Shown here: positions 28,142 through 37,579 of the stretch, piece by piece
Layout of the letters: the number at the start of each line of letters is the position of its first letter
How positions within the stretch are numbered: the first letter of the stretch is position 1
From: Cyanobacteria bacterium J06627_28
Lineage (GTDB): Bacteria; Cyanobacteriota; Cyanobacteriia; Phormidesmidales; Phormidesmidaceae
DNA: 64,000 nucleotides
Direction: 5' to 3'
Assembly (NCBI GenBank): GCA_038521595.1
Contig: JBCBKQ010000001.1
Span: forward strand, 36,507-100,506
Notes under the pieces: model-generated
Databases searched by the model: none
What the model was told of the DNA's origin: nothing
Seen by the model: the letters and a program-made list of their open reading frames with translations, nothing else
Translations under genes and position numbers: made by a program

Positions 28142-29308
28142 CTACGTTTTGCCCATGGCTGCTTTAACGGCGGCGCGCTGATCGCGGCGGGTAATCCAAC
28201 GGTGGTAGGTGCGATTATGCACGGCGACAGAATGACCCATCATGCGAGCTGAGACGGTGTCGGGGAGGCCGACGCCAATGGTACGCACGGCCCAAGCGTG
28301 GCGAAGGTCGTAGGGCGAGAAGGGAACTTTGTAGCGTTTGAACTGTTTAGAGACCTGCTGACCAATGAGCTGGAGGGTCGTTTTGCTCAGGTCGGTGTTG
28401 ACTTTAGGTAAGCGAATGTCTCTAAGCTCAAAGGCGTCTACCCATTCCGGGTGGAAGGGCCAGACATCATGGAGGCCGGTTTTGGTAGATTCTAAAACTT
28501 CGATGGCGGCTTCTTCATCGCCGCTGGCGAGCATGGCGTAGTCACTGAAAAATACTTCGTGGTTGCGCAGGCCATAGGTGGCCATAATGCCGTAGACGAA
28601 CTGCCACTGTGGGTTTGGAATTGCCTTGTAAGTAGAGAGGATTTCTTCGTCGGTGGGAAGCTGGCGAAGCTGAGTTTTGCTATTGCCGTAGTTGCCCCAT
28701 AGGGATTTGAGGGGGGTGGGCAGGGGCGTGTTGAGAAAGGTGGCAAGGGCATCTAGGGCGGTGCAGCACACCTGACGGCTGCGGGAGTTGGCTTTGGTGC
28801 TTTGGACGGTGGCGTAGATGGCTTCGGGGAGGGAGAAGCTGGGGTGTTTGAGTGCGATCGCATTTAATTTGCGCAGGTAAGGCACATAGGCTTTTTCCCA
28901 CGTTGTCCGCAGAGAAGATGGCTTACCCAACCCCTCACGACTCTGAAAAAAATGTACTTCAAAGGCCGCTATCTGCTCAGATACGTCAGCTCCAGCTCGC
29001 TTTAATCCGGCAACTGGCCCCAGATAGTCCTGCCAGTCGAACGTGTTTTCAATCAGCTGAGCTGCAATCACTTTTGCTGTCTTTTCAATTTGCTTGAGAC
29101 CGGCTTTATTGGCGGGCAGCCCCAGCGGAATACGCTGCTGATAGGCTTTGAGCCTAGGACTATTGGGTCTGGGGGGGAGCGTACCGCGCAGACTCAACTT
29201 GTCGCCTCGGCGCTCTATTTTGAGGCCTAGCTTGGCAGCTTTGAAGCGGGTATTGACGGCGGTCAGGGACACATCAAGCGGATGAGTCGTCATAGGGCAG
29301 CAAGTCAC
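28142..29308 (-). CDS. Tyrosine-type site-specific recombinase/integrase
   Basis: C-terminal catalytic region YDLRHAWAVRTIGVGLPDTVSARMMGHSVAVHNRTYHRW, which contains the R, H-x-x-R and Y elements. Confidence 0.85.
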   Translation of the reverse strand: MTCCPMTTHPLDVSLTAVNTRFKAAKLGLKIERRGDKLSLRGTLPPRPNSPRLKAYQQRIPLGLPANKAGLKQIEKTAKVIAAQLIENTFDWQDYLGPVAGLKRAGADVSEQIAAFEVHFFQSREGLGKPSSLRTTWEKAYVPYLRKLNAIALKHPSFSLPEAIYATVQSTKANSRSRQVCCTALDALATFLNTPLPTPLKSLWGNYGNSKTQLRQLPTDEEILSTYKAIPNPQWQFVYGIMATYGLRNHEVFFSDYAMLASGDEEAAIEVLESTKTGLHDVWPFHPEWVDAFELRDIRLPKVNTDLSKTTLQLIGQQVSKQFKRYKVPFSPYDLRHAWAVRTIGVGLPDTVSARMMGHSVAVHNRTYHRWITRRDQRAAVKAAMGKT

Positions 29309-29487
29309 CTTATCAGTCAGGCCAAAGAATGAAATCGTCGTGTGTTTGTCAGTATATAGACATTTTTTAAGGCATTTTTGGTTGCTGTCGATTAGTCTCC
29401 GTCAAAGGAAATGTCTCATCCATAACGTTAGTTGTTACGATAGGCAAAGATAATCAAAATATTAAGCGAAAGGGCACGCAATTCACT

Positions 29488-30651
29488 ATGGGCCGTGTGG
29501 GAGTTCTGTTACTAAATTTGGGTGGACCAGAAAAACCGGAGGACGTGCAGCCTTTCCTGTTCAACCTGTTTTCTGATCCGGAAATTATTCGGATTCCCTT
29601 TCCTGCACTGCAAAAACCGCTGGCCTGGTTTATTTCTAGCCGCCGGGCCAAGTCTTCCCAAGAAAACTATCAGCAGATTGGCGGCGGCTCCCCCTTGCGG
29701 CGCATCACCGAAGAACAGGGCGCAGCGCTAAAAACCGCGCTTAAGGAAAAAGGTGAAGACGCTGAAGTGTACATCGGTATGCGCTACTGGCATCCGTTTA
29801 CCGAAGAAGCCATTGCCAGAATTAAGCGCGACGGCGTTGAAAAGCTAGTCGTGCTGCCCCTGTATCCTCAATATTCTATTAGCACCAGCGGCTCTAGCTT
29901 TCGGCTGCTAGAGCAAATCTGGAAAGAAGACCCAGCGCTCAAACCCATTGAGTACACACTAATTGAGTCTTGGTATTCGCGCCCCGGCTACGTCAACGCC
30001 ATGGCCGACCTGATTCGCATGGAGCTAGACAAGCTACCTGAGCCTAACGGAGCGCATATTTTCTTTAGTGCCCATGGCGTGCCGGTGAGCTATGTAGAAG
30101 AATTTGGCGATCCGTATCAAAAAGAAATTGAGCACTGTACCGATTTGATCATGCAGGCGCTGGGGCGGCCTAATAACTTTACGCTGGCCTATCAGAGCCG
30201 CGTTGGCCCAATTGAGTGGCTGCAGCCCTATACAGAAGATGCGATCGCCAATTTGGCCGCTCAAGGGGTGAACGATCTGGTTGTTGTGCCCATTAGCTTT
30301 GTCTCTGAGCATATTGAAACGCTGCAAGAGATTGACATTGAGTATCGCGAAATTGCAGAAGAGGAAGGTATTGAGGGCTTTCACCGAGTGCCTGCGCTAG
30401 ATACCTACGGTGGATTTATTGCTGATTTGGCGGCGATGGTAGAGGAGGCTCTTGGCAATCAGCCAGTCCTCTTTTCGGATTTGATGAAGCCTGAGAAGAA
30501 GGTCAAAATTTACCCGCAAGACAAGTCTGCCTGGGGCATGACGCCGGTTGCGGAGGTCTGGAATGGCCGACTGGCAATGCTAGGATTTTTGGCGCTACTA
30601 GCTGAAATTTTGACAGGCCAAGGGCCACTGCATCTAATCGGGCTGCTGTGA
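29488..30651 (+). CDS. hemH: Ferrochelatase with a C-terminal CAB/LHC-type membrane helix
   Basis: [15 protein letters not shown]...YPQYS.STSGSS...H-containing core. The C-terminal [23 protein letters not shown] is the chlorophyll a/b-binding motif known for cyanobacterial and plastid type II ferrochelatases. Confidence 0.95.
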   Translation: MGRVGVLLLNLGGPEKPEDVQPFLFNLFSDPEIIRIPFPALQKPLAWFISSRRAKSSQENYQQIGGGSPLRRITEEQGAALKTALKEKGEDAEVYIGMRYWHPFTEEAIARIKRDGVEKLVVLPLYPQYSISTSGSSFRLLEQIWKEDPALKPIEYTLIESWYSRPGYVNAMADLIRMELDKLPEPNGAHIFFSAHGVPVSYVEEFGDPYQKEIEHCTDLIMQALGRPNNFTLAYQSRVGPIEWLQPYTEDAIANLAAQGVNDLVVVPISFVSEHIETLQEIDIEYREIAEEEGIEGFHRVPALDTYGGFIADLAAMVEEALGNQPVLFSDLMKPEKKVKIYPQDKSAWGMTPVAEVWNGRLAMLGFLALLAEILTGQGPLHLIGLL

Positions 30652-30740
30652 TCCACTCAACCCATCGACAGGGTCGGCTGTCTGGAATTTGTAAATGTTA
30701 GGGTGTAGCTTAAGCGATATCTAAATTCTTTATTTGGATG

Positions 30741-30785
30741 TGTTTTGCCCCTGATGTTTTGCCCCTGATGTTTTGCCCCTGATGA
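30741..30785. repeat. Tandem repeat, 14 bp x3 (TGTTTTGCCCCTGA)
   Basis: Direct reading. It lies just upstream of the rhomboid gene start. Confidence 0.85.
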
Positions 30786-30795
30786 GGAGAACCAG

Positions 30796-31386
30796 ATGGA
30801 CACTAAGCGCTCTGTGATGGGTGAATTTCGGCTGCAGGTGAAAACTTTGGCCATCATTGTGGTGGGCCTGTGGCTGATTGAAATTGTTGATCAATCGGTC
30901 TTTTCTGGTGGGCTCGATGGGCTGGGCATTCGTCCGAGAGACCCGTCTGGACTGTGGGGTATTTTGTTCGCGCCGTTTTTACATGGCAACTTTGCCCATT
31001 TAATTTCTAATACGGTGCCGTTTGTGACGCTGAGCTGGTTGATTATGCTGCGGGCCACAGAAGACTGGCTGGTGGTAACGCTGATTTCGGCGGTTGTCGG
31101 CGGGCTAGGCACTTGGCTACTGGGCGCACCGAGTTCTGTACATATCGGTGCGAGCGGCGTTATTTTCGGCTATTTTGGCTTTTTGCTGTTGCGGGGCTAC
31201 TTTGAGCGAAGCTTGGTTGCGATCGCATTCTCCGTCCTTGTTTTCTTCCTGTACGGCAGCATTCTCTGGGGCGTACTCCCGCCACTGGACGGTGCGCCGA
31301 TTTCCTGGGAAGGTCACCTTTTTGGATTCATCGGTGGCGTCTTGGCAGCCAAGTTCATGGCGAAACCTCGCAAAGAGATTAGCTAG
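30796..31386 (+). CDS. Rhomboid-family intramembrane serine protease
   Basis: HGNFAHLISN, the GASGVIFG catalytic Ser motif and a downstream H in GHLFGFIGG. Confidence 0.85.
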   Translation: MDTKRSVMGEFRLQVKTLAIIVVGLWLIEIVDQSVFSGGLDGLGIRPRDPSGLWGILFAPFLHGNFAHLISNTVPFVTLSWLIMLRATEDWLVVTLISAVVGGLGTWLLGAPSSVHIGASGVIFGYFGFLLLRGYFERSLVAIAFSVLVFFLYGSILWGVLPPLDGAPISWEGHLFGFIGGVLAAKFMAKPRKEIS

Positions 31387-31453
31387 TTTTCTGGCTAGCT
31401 CTCTGGCTAGTTTTCTGGCTAGTTTTCTGGCTAGTTTTCTGGCTAGTTTTCTG
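31382..31453. repeat. Tandem repeat, 12 bp x6 (GCTAGTTTTCTG)
   Basis: Direct reading. The first unit contains the rhomboid stop codon (31384-31386). The last unit encodes the final residues and stop (PEN*) of minus-strand hrcA. Confidence 0.9.
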
Positions 31454-32567
31454 GGGACAACTGACTTTGCCCAGCGACGGCATCCGTTAGGTAGTTAGCG
31501 GCTGCCTCGACAGCGGCGACCGCATTTTCATACAGCATCCGAGTCGGACCAAGAACGCCCAGACTGCCCACAGGGCCAGGCGCATGACCGTATTTTGCAG
31601 TCACTAAAGCGCAGGCCTGCATAGGTTCTACCGGATTTTCTGCACCAATCCAGATACGTAGGCCTTGGGAGGAGAGCAGGGACGCTTCGGTGCGCTCCTC
31701 TTGGGTTTGACTAGCCTCAGAGATCAGGGGCCACAGCTGATCGCGTCCGTCTTCTAAAAGCTGCACAATTTGACGTATCTGTTCGCGCTCAGCAAACTCT
31801 GGCTGGTCTAGGGCTTCGGCCACACCGCTCACCAAGAGCTGTGTGGTGGAGATCGATTGGGTCTTGCGGGAGATGGCTGCGATCGCAGACTGCACCCCAT
31901 CCGCATACTGCGCAAATGCCTGATCTAGGGCCGACCAATCTAGCTCAGCCTCGTGCAAAGATCGACCCTGTAGCTGATCTGTCAAAAAGTTAGACAAAAT
32001 TTGTAGCTCTCGGTCAATCACATCATCACTACGGTTACTCAGCAGCTGAGTCGGCAGCCGCAATAAAACCGAGTGGTTATTGTAAACGTCTATAACGACC
32101 AGCAAAATCTCCGTATTGCTCACGCGCACCAGCTGTAAATGCTTGATCGTAGAAGCGGTCGTCTGGGGCAGGGAGACCAGCGCAATATATCCACTCAGCC
32201 GCGACAAAATCTGCGCAGATTCTTGAAACAGCGCGTCCATAGCGGGGCCAGCCCAGTCGGCGCCATCGCCGTCTAACCGCTGGCTTAGCATGGTTTCCAT
32301 CTGTCGCGTGAGGGGTTGCGACGGCAGCATTAGCTCATTGACGTAGGTGCGATAGCCAGAATCCGAAGGAATGCGGCCCGCAGAGGTGTGGGGCTGATAC
32401 AGCAGGCCAGAGGTTTCTAGCAAACTCATGACATTGCGAATCGTGGCAGCGCTGACCTGTAGGTCATACCCAGTTGCCAGAGATTTGGAGCCAACGGGTT
32501 CGGCAGTCGTAATGTAGTGACGGACGGTCGCACGAAGAACGTTTTGCTGCCGGGGGTTGAGCTTCAT
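31443..32567 (-). CDS. hrcA: Heat-inducible transcription repressor HrcA
   Basis: The N-terminal winged helix LNPRQQNVLRATVRHYITTAEPVGSKSL is canonical HrcA, and the length is typical (374 aa). Confidence 0.93.
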   Translation of the reverse strand: MKLNPRQQNVLRATVRHYITTAEPVGSKSLATGYDLQVSAATIRNVMSLLETSGLLYQPHTSAGRIPSDSGYRTYVNELMLPSQPLTRQMETMLSQRLDGDGADWAGPAMDALFQESAQILSRLSGYIALVSLPQTTASTIKHLQLVRVSNTEILLVVIDVYNNHSVLLRLPTQLLSNRSDDVIDRELQILSNFLTDQLQGRSLHEAELDWSALDQAFAQYADGVQSAIAAISRKTQSISTTQLLVSGVAEALDQPEFAEREQIRQIVQLLEDGRDQLWPLISEASQTQEERTEASLLSSQGLRIWIGAENPVEPMQACALVTAKYGHAPGPVGSLGVLGPTRMLYENAVAAVEAAANYLTDAVAGQSQLSPEN

Positions 32568-32936
32568 CGCACAGATTACCAGTACTACATTGTCGCGAGG
32601 GCTGCATACTCAGCCATACCCAATCATAAAGGATTGCTTAAAGTCGCAGCTGTTCGCAGCGGGCAAATGTGCATTCTTTACCGGCGCACATTTGCTCAAG
32701 TCAGCTGAATATACTCACTGTGCTAAGCCGCTGATCGATAGGCGATCGCAGCGATCTTCAGCAATGTTATCGATATCCTGGTAAATTCAGAGAGTCACTG
32801 TAAGCATTCCTTGGTCTATCTAGCTGGTATACAGGGATTACACATAAAGACGCTTTGGCTTAGAGGCTCGTTGGTTTAGAGTTTCACAAGAGGCCATACT
32901 CTCCTTTGGATACCTGCCCTGTCAGGGAACGCCACC

Positions 32937-34136
32937 ATGTCTGATCTTCCCTTTACCCTTGACCAACTGCGCATACTAAAAGCCATTGCCGCTGAGGGTA
33001 GCTTTAAACGCGCTGCCGACAGTCTGTACGTTTCACAGCCTGCGGTCAGCCTACAGGTACAAAATTTGGAGCGACAGCTGGATGTACCGCTGTTTGACCG
33101 GGGTGGACGCCGGGCACAGCTGACTGAGGCCGGACATCTACTGTTGGAATATGGCGATCGCATCCTTAGCCTGTGCCAAGAGACCTGCCGGGCCATAGAA
33201 GATTTGCAAAATCTGCAGGGCGGCACGCTGATTATCGGCGCGAGCCAAACAACAGGCACTTACCTGCTGCCTCGAATGATTGGGCAGTTTCGCCAGAAAT
33301 ATCCAGAAGTCGCCGTACAGCTACATGTGCACTCCACACGCCGTACCTCTTGGAGTGTGGCCAACGGTCAAATAGATCTCGCTATCATCGGCGGCGAAAT
33401 TCCCCCTGAGCTTCAAGACTCGTTAGAGGTTGCCCCCTACGCCGAAGATGAGCTGGCGCTCATCATGCCGGTCTTCCACCCGCTGGCGAGCAATGAAATG
33501 ATTGCCCGCAGCGACCTGTACAAGCTGAAATTTATTACCCTCGACTCACAGTCTACGATTCGTAAGGTGATCGATCAGGTGCTGACGAGAGGTGGCATCG
33601 AGACCCGTCGCCTGCGAGTAGAGATGGAGCTGAACTCCATTGAGGCGATTAAAAACGCGGTACAGTCTGGCCTGGGCGTGGCGTTTGCGTCGACCTCTTC
33701 GATTGAAAAAGAGCTGCAAATGGGCGTCATTCACCGAGCGCGAATTGAGTCTGTGGAGGTGAAACGGACGCTGTCTGTCATCTTCAATCCGAATCGCTAT
33801 CGGTCTAAGGCGGCTGAGGCCTTTACCAAAGAGATTTTGCCGCAGTTTACCAACCGCGAGCTGGAGTTTAAAAAAGCCAGCGCCAAGACTAATGGCACTA
33901 AGACCAATGGCACCAAGACCAATGGCACCAAAACGAATGGCACCAAGACCAATGGCACCAAGACCAATGGCACCAAGACCAATGGCAAGAGTGCCGGAAA
34001 ATCAGACACCAAAGCTGATGGAAAACACAATGGCAGCGGCCAGGCTGCTGCGACAAAAGACGTTTCATCTCAGGGGCCATCTGCTAAAGTGCCTGATAAG
34101 ACACAAGCCGCCATTGATGCTGAGTCAGGCCGTTAG
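32937..34136 (+). CDS. rbcR: LysR-type regulator RbcR/Ycf30 with an atypical ~75-aa repeat-rich C-terminal extension
   Basis: The N-terminus [66 protein letters not shown] is nearly invariant Ycf30/RbcR sequence. The tail contains (TNGTK)x7. Confidence 0.9.
   Translation: MSDLPFTLDQLRILKAIAAEGSFKRAADSLYVSQPAVSLQVQNLERQLDVPLFDRGGRRAQLTEAGHLLLEYGDRILSLCQETCRAIEDLQNLQGGTLIIGASQTTGTYLLPRMIGQFRQKYPEVAVQLHVHSTRRTSWSVANGQIDLAIIGGEIPPELQDSLEVAPYAEDELALIMPVFHPLASNEMIARSDLYKLKFITLDSQSTIRKVIDQVLTRGGIETRRLRVEMELNSIEAIKNAVQSGLGVAFASTSSIEKELQMGVIHRARIESVEVKRTLSVIFNPNRYRSKAAEAFTKEILPQFTNRELEFKKASAKTNGTKTNGTKTNGTKTNGTKTNGTKTNGTKTNGKSAGKSDTKADGKHNGSGQAAATKDVSSQGPSAKVPDKTQAAIDAESGR
33885..33988 (+). repeat. 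In-frame tandem repeat, 15 bp x7 (AAGACCAATGGCACC), encoding TNGTK repeats
   Basis: Direct reading, inside the 3' end of rbcR. Confidence 0.9.
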
Positions 34137-34162
34137 CGGTTGAGCTGATTGTTAGATCCCCT

Positions 34163-35740
34163 ATGCAACTGCACTGCACTCGCCCCAACTGCCCCAATCC
34201 AACCAACCATTTTTCCGATCTTGACGATCCGAGTGTTTCTCAGCCGCTGAAACAGAAGTATTGCAGCGCCTGCCGCATGGAGCTGATTTTACGGGGGCGC
34301 TATTTACCCGTAGGGTTGCTCGGGCAGGGCGGCTTTGGCACGGCATTTTTAGCCCGTGACTTTGACTCGCCCACGCAGCGCCGCTGTGTTGTCAAGCTCT
34401 TTCAGCCACCCGTAACCCTGAGTCCACCTCAGCTAGCGACCGCGCAGCGCCTCTTTGCAAAAGAGGCCATCGTACTTGAACGGTTGGGATTACAACATCC
34501 TCAGATCCCCAATCTGTACGCTTACTTTCCGCTGCTGGTTACCAATCCGCTGACTAACCAATCAGAAGAGCTGTTCTATCTGGTTCAAGAGTTCATTGAT
34601 GGCGAAGACTTAGAAAAAATCCTCAATCGCAAAGGTAGCTTTACCGAAGATGAGGTGAGCAAGGTGCTTAGGGCAATGCTAGACGTGCTGGATTTTGTCC
34701 ATGCCAATGGGGCCATTCACCGGGATGTGAAGCCTTCTAACATTATGCAGGGCAAAAATGGCAAGCTTTCGCTACTAGATTTTGGCGCGGTCAAAGAGGT
34801 GACTGCGCCGACGGGCGGGCAGCGCGGGCCCACGACGATTTGCTCACCGGAGTATGCGCCGCCTGAGCAAATTATGAATGGGACGGTGGATAAAACCTCT
34901 GATCTGTACGCATTGGCGGCGAGCTGTGTGGTGCTGCTGACAAACAAAAATTCGACTGAGCTGCGCGATAGCATTTCTAATCGGTGGAACTGGCATAGCC
35001 ACACTCAGATTTCGTCGAAGATGACGCAGATTTTGGATCGAATGCTGCAGCCAAATCCGCGCGATCGCTATCTTTCGGCCAAAGCTGTCTTAGATGACTT
35101 CCCTGGGATGCCGCCTCAGCCAGTGGCAAGACTGGTAACACCGCCAACCGTGCGACCTAGCCAACCGGCACCGCCAAAACCAACCGGGGCCGCCACAAAA
35201 GTAGTCCCGCCGAGGCCCTCTGGTTCAGGTTCTGGGCCACCCTCTGGTTCACCTGCTGGCCCGCCTGCTGGCCCGCCTGCTGGCCCGCCTGCTGGCCCAC
35301 CTAAAACGGCAATTTCTTCGCCCACACCGCCACCGCAGCAACCGGCCGTTCAGCCAGCTGCTCAGCCTGTTCGGCAGGTCGCTCAGCCATTTTCACTGGT
35401 GCGATTTTTGAGTAATGCGGCGTTTTCAGGGGTTGAGGGGGGATTGCTTGCGATCGCAACCACCAGCCTAATCGGCACCACGCTAATCGGTCATGGGCTC
35501 TGGATTGTGATGCTGGCAGGCCTGGGATTCCTCCAGTTTCGCCGCATCATTGAAGGGATGGACTTGGCCATTATTGCAGGCGTCACCATGGCAATTGTGG
35601 TCGCCTTTGAGCGGCTTCGCAGCGTCAATAACCTGGAGCGGCCGGAGGTCATCGTGATTGCGCTGATGGCCGGAGGTGCCATGATCATCGTGGCTGTGGT
35701 CTTCCGACTAATCTTCCGGCTGCTGTCTGAGATTATGTAA
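34163..35740 (+). CDS. Ser/Thr protein kinase with an N-terminal 4-Cys prefix, a Pro-rich linker and a C-terminal multi-TM region
   Basis: C-x4-C...C-x2-C prefix (CTRPNCPNP...YCSACRMEL), GQGGFGTAFLARD, HRDVKPSNIM, DFG, (PAGP)x4 encoded at 35252-35301, and about four C-terminal hydrophobic helices. Confidence 0.9.
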   Translation: MQLHCTRPNCPNPTNHFSDLDDPSVSQPLKQKYCSACRMELILRGRYLPVGLLGQGGFGTAFLARDFDSPTQRRCVVKLFQPPVTLSPPQLATAQRLFAKEAIVLERLGLQHPQIPNLYAYFPLLVTNPLTNQSEELFYLVQEFIDGEDLEKILNRKGSFTEDEVSKVLRAMLDVLDFVHANGAIHRDVKPSNIMQGKNGKLSLLDFGAVKEVTAPTGGQRGPTTICSPEYAPPEQIMNGTVDKTSDLYALAASCVVLLTNKNSTELRDSISNRWNWHSHTQISSKMTQILDRMLQPNPRDRYLSAKAVLDDFPGMPPQPVARLVTPPTVRPSQPAPPKPTGAATKVVPPRPSGSGSGPPSGSPAGPPAGPPAGPPAGPPKTAISSPTPPPQQPAVQPAAQPVRQVAQPFSLVRFLSNAAFSGVEGGLLAIATTSLIGTTLIGHGLWIVMLAGLGFLQFRRIIEGMDLAIIAGVTMAIVVAFERLRSVNNLERPEVIVIALMAGGAMIIVAVVFRLIFRLLSEIM

Positions 35741-35765
35741 GACAGCTCCATCGACATCAAACAGC

Positions 35766-35990
35766 ATGCGTCAGAAAAACAATCCGTCTCGGTCAGGAAT
35801 TGCGGATGCGCTGGCTGATGATGGATTTAAGGCGGAGGGTGCCACGGACGCAGTGAGCTTTTTTGACAACGGCGATCGCAATCAACCGGCCCAGCTGGTC
35901 ACTGTGGTACAAGGCAATCGCTGGTATGAGGCAATCGCTCTGGCAAAGGCTATGACTTTATCCCGGTCTTTCCTTAGCCTGCATTGGACT
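35766..35990 (+). pseudogene. Relic of the C-terminal ~60 codons of a PBP1 (LivK-like) substrate-binding protein paralog
   Basis: RSGIADALADDGFKAEGATDAVSFFDNGDRNQPAQLVTVVQGNR aligns with REGLAEALADGINIEGATDSIRFLPTGDRNQPSQLVEIVPGNR of the intact gene at 36159-37574. A 17-nt insert (ggtatgaggcaatcgct, an imperfect duplication of gcaatcgct) shifts the frame before the expected SGKGYDFIPV end. Confidence 0.6.
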
Positions 35991-36158
35991 ATTAGCCCGC
36001 ATTGGATTAACAGCACTAAGGCATCATCGCTATCTCATGGGGACATCACCGAGATATTACGGAAGCCCGTTATTTTTTCCATACAGAAAAAGCGGGCTTC
36101 CCGTATCATGAGATCAACCAAACACCCCTATAAACTGCACGCTTAGCTATAAACTCCC

Positions 36159-37574
36159 ATGGCAAAAAAGAACGAGCTGCCCGCTCTGATGGCATCTTTA
36201 TTAATCACTTTCGGCCTCTTGGGTGGCGGTGCCTGGTGGCTAAAAAATAATCTGTTCGAAAACACAGGCTCCAGCGGCAATAACACTGAGCAATCTGGGG
36301 GAAACAGTTCGGGCAATAGCATTAACCTGGGAGGCGCTGATGGCAGCGCGGGCAGATCTGTACTGTCAGATAAGCCGGTCTCTGAAGCCAAGCAAAATGG
36401 CCTAGATGCGCTGGCCAATGGTGACTACAGCACTGCCGAAGCCGAATTTACGGCGGCCTTAGCAGCGCAAAAGAACGATCCGGAGTCGCTAATCTATCTC
36501 AACAATGCAAAAATTGGTGATGCCAGGGCCTACACCCTGGCGGTCATCGTCCCGGCGGGCTCGTCAGAAAGCGCAGCCGAAGAGCTCATGCGCGGCGCAG
36601 CCCAGGCACAAACCGATATTAACGACTCGGGCGGTATTGCAGGGCGAGACCTGAAGCTGCTGCTGATAAATGACGATGATGACAAAGACACTGCCGCGAA
36701 CATTGCTGCCGACCTGGTCGACAACTCAGATGTCCTAGGCGTGGTAGGGCACTACTCTAGTGGCACTACGCTAGCCGCTGCGCCGGTTTATGAAGAGGGC
36801 GGCCTACCGATGATTTCGCCCACGAGTACGGCAGTAGATATTGCCAATGCAGGCGATTTTATTTTCCGCACGGTGCCGAGCGATCGCCTGGCCGCAGCCA
36901 CCCTCTCACGCTACACGCTCAACGAACTCAATAAAACCAAAGCGGCTGTCTTTTTTACCAGCGACAGCGCCTACAGCAAATCAGTAAAGTCAGAATTCAC
37001 AACCGAGCTGCTGAGTAATGGGGGTGAAGTTATTGCTGATTTTGATGTTCAAGCGTCTGGGTTTGATCCAGATGATGCGCTGCGAGAAGCCGAGGCACAA
37101 GGGGCAGACATTTTGATGCTGGCGCTCAACACTGCAACTATTGAAATCGCGAACGATGTGATTCAAGCCAATGCGCAAACGCTGCCGATGCTGGGCGGCG
37201 ATAGTCTGTACAATCCCATTATTCTGCAAGAGAGTCAGGGAGATGCTCTGGGGCTAACGGTGGCGGTGCCTTGGCATATTCTCAGTCATGAGCAAACGCC
37301 CTTTGTACAAGCGTCTCGCCAGCTATGGGGCGGTGATGTGAACTGGCGAACGGCGACAGCCTACGATGCGGTGCGCACGCTGGCAGCGGGCCTGGAAGAA
37401 AAACAGAATAGAGAAGGGCTGGCTGAAGCGTTAGCCGATGGCATCAACATTGAAGGGGCGACGGATTCGATTCGGTTCTTGCCAACGGGCGATCGCAACC
37501 AACCGTCTCAGCTGGTGGAAATTGTGCCCGGCAATCGCTCTGGTAGTGGCTATGACTATGTGCCCGTGAGATAA
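36159..37574 (+). CDS. ABC-transporter-type periplasmic substrate-binding protein (PBP type 1, branched-chain amino acid-binding-like) with an N-terminal anchor
   Basis: TM anchor, low-complexity linker, then a PBP1 pattern (VIVPAGS...GVVGHYSSGTTLAAAPVYEEGGLPMISPTST...FFTSDSAYS). Confidence 0.8.
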   Translation: MAKKNELPALMASLLITFGLLGGGAWWLKNNLFENTGSSGNNTEQSGGNSSGNSINLGGADGSAGRSVLSDKPVSEAKQNGLDALANGDYSTAEAEFTAALAAQKNDPESLIYLNNAKIGDARAYTLAVIVPAGSSESAAEELMRGAAQAQTDINDSGGIAGRDLKLLLINDDDDKDTAANIAADLVDNSDVLGVVGHYSSGTTLAAAPVYEEGGLPMISPTSTAVDIANAGDFIFRTVPSDRLAAATLSRYTLNELNKTKAAVFFTSDSAYSKSVKSEFTTELLSNGGEVIADFDVQASGFDPDDALREAEAQGADILMLALNTATIEIANDVIQANAQTLPMLGGDSLYNPIILQESQGDALGLTVAVPWHILSHEQTPFVQASRQLWGGDVNWRTATAYDAVRTLAAGLEEKQNREGLAEALADGINIEGATDSIRFLPTGDRNQPSQLVEIVPGNRSGSGYDYVPVR

Positions 37575-37579
37575 CAGCT

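Larger units (their letters stand above)
27461..29308. mobile_element. Minimal integrase + toxin-antitoxin cassette inserted between fabG and hemH (boundaries not defined)
   Basis: Three accessory genes lie between two housekeeping genes. I found no flanking direct repeats or tRNA. Confidence 0.4.

Noticed and set aside
27461-29308. Prophage or integrative conjugative element
   Set aside because: Only an integrase and a TA pair are present (~1.9 kb). There are no structural, replication or transfer genes and no att repeats, so I report it only as a minimal cassette or remnant.
31382-31453. Possible CRISPR array (regular 12-bp repeats); the same question applies to 3119-3205 and 39782-39862
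   Set aside because: The units are directly adjacent with no spacers and are far shorter than CRISPR repeats. No cas genes are present in the window. These are simple tandem repeats.
31148-31498. 116-aa ORF ending in LASFLASSLASFLASFLASFLASFLG
   Set aside because: It is an alternative-frame read-through of the rhomboid gene's 3' end and the 12-bp repeat array, so it is a repeat artefact.
33797-34143. Three ORFs (33797-34030 minus, 33892-34143 plus, 33898-34080 minus) with VLVPL / PRPMA / WCHWS repeats
   Set aside because: They are other-frame translations of the 15-bp TNGTK repeat inside rbcR. The rbcR frame is supported by strong family similarity.
35116-35325. 69-aa minus-strand ORF rich in GGPAGGPAGG
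   Set aside because: It is the antisense reading of the kinase's (PAGP)n linker repeat.
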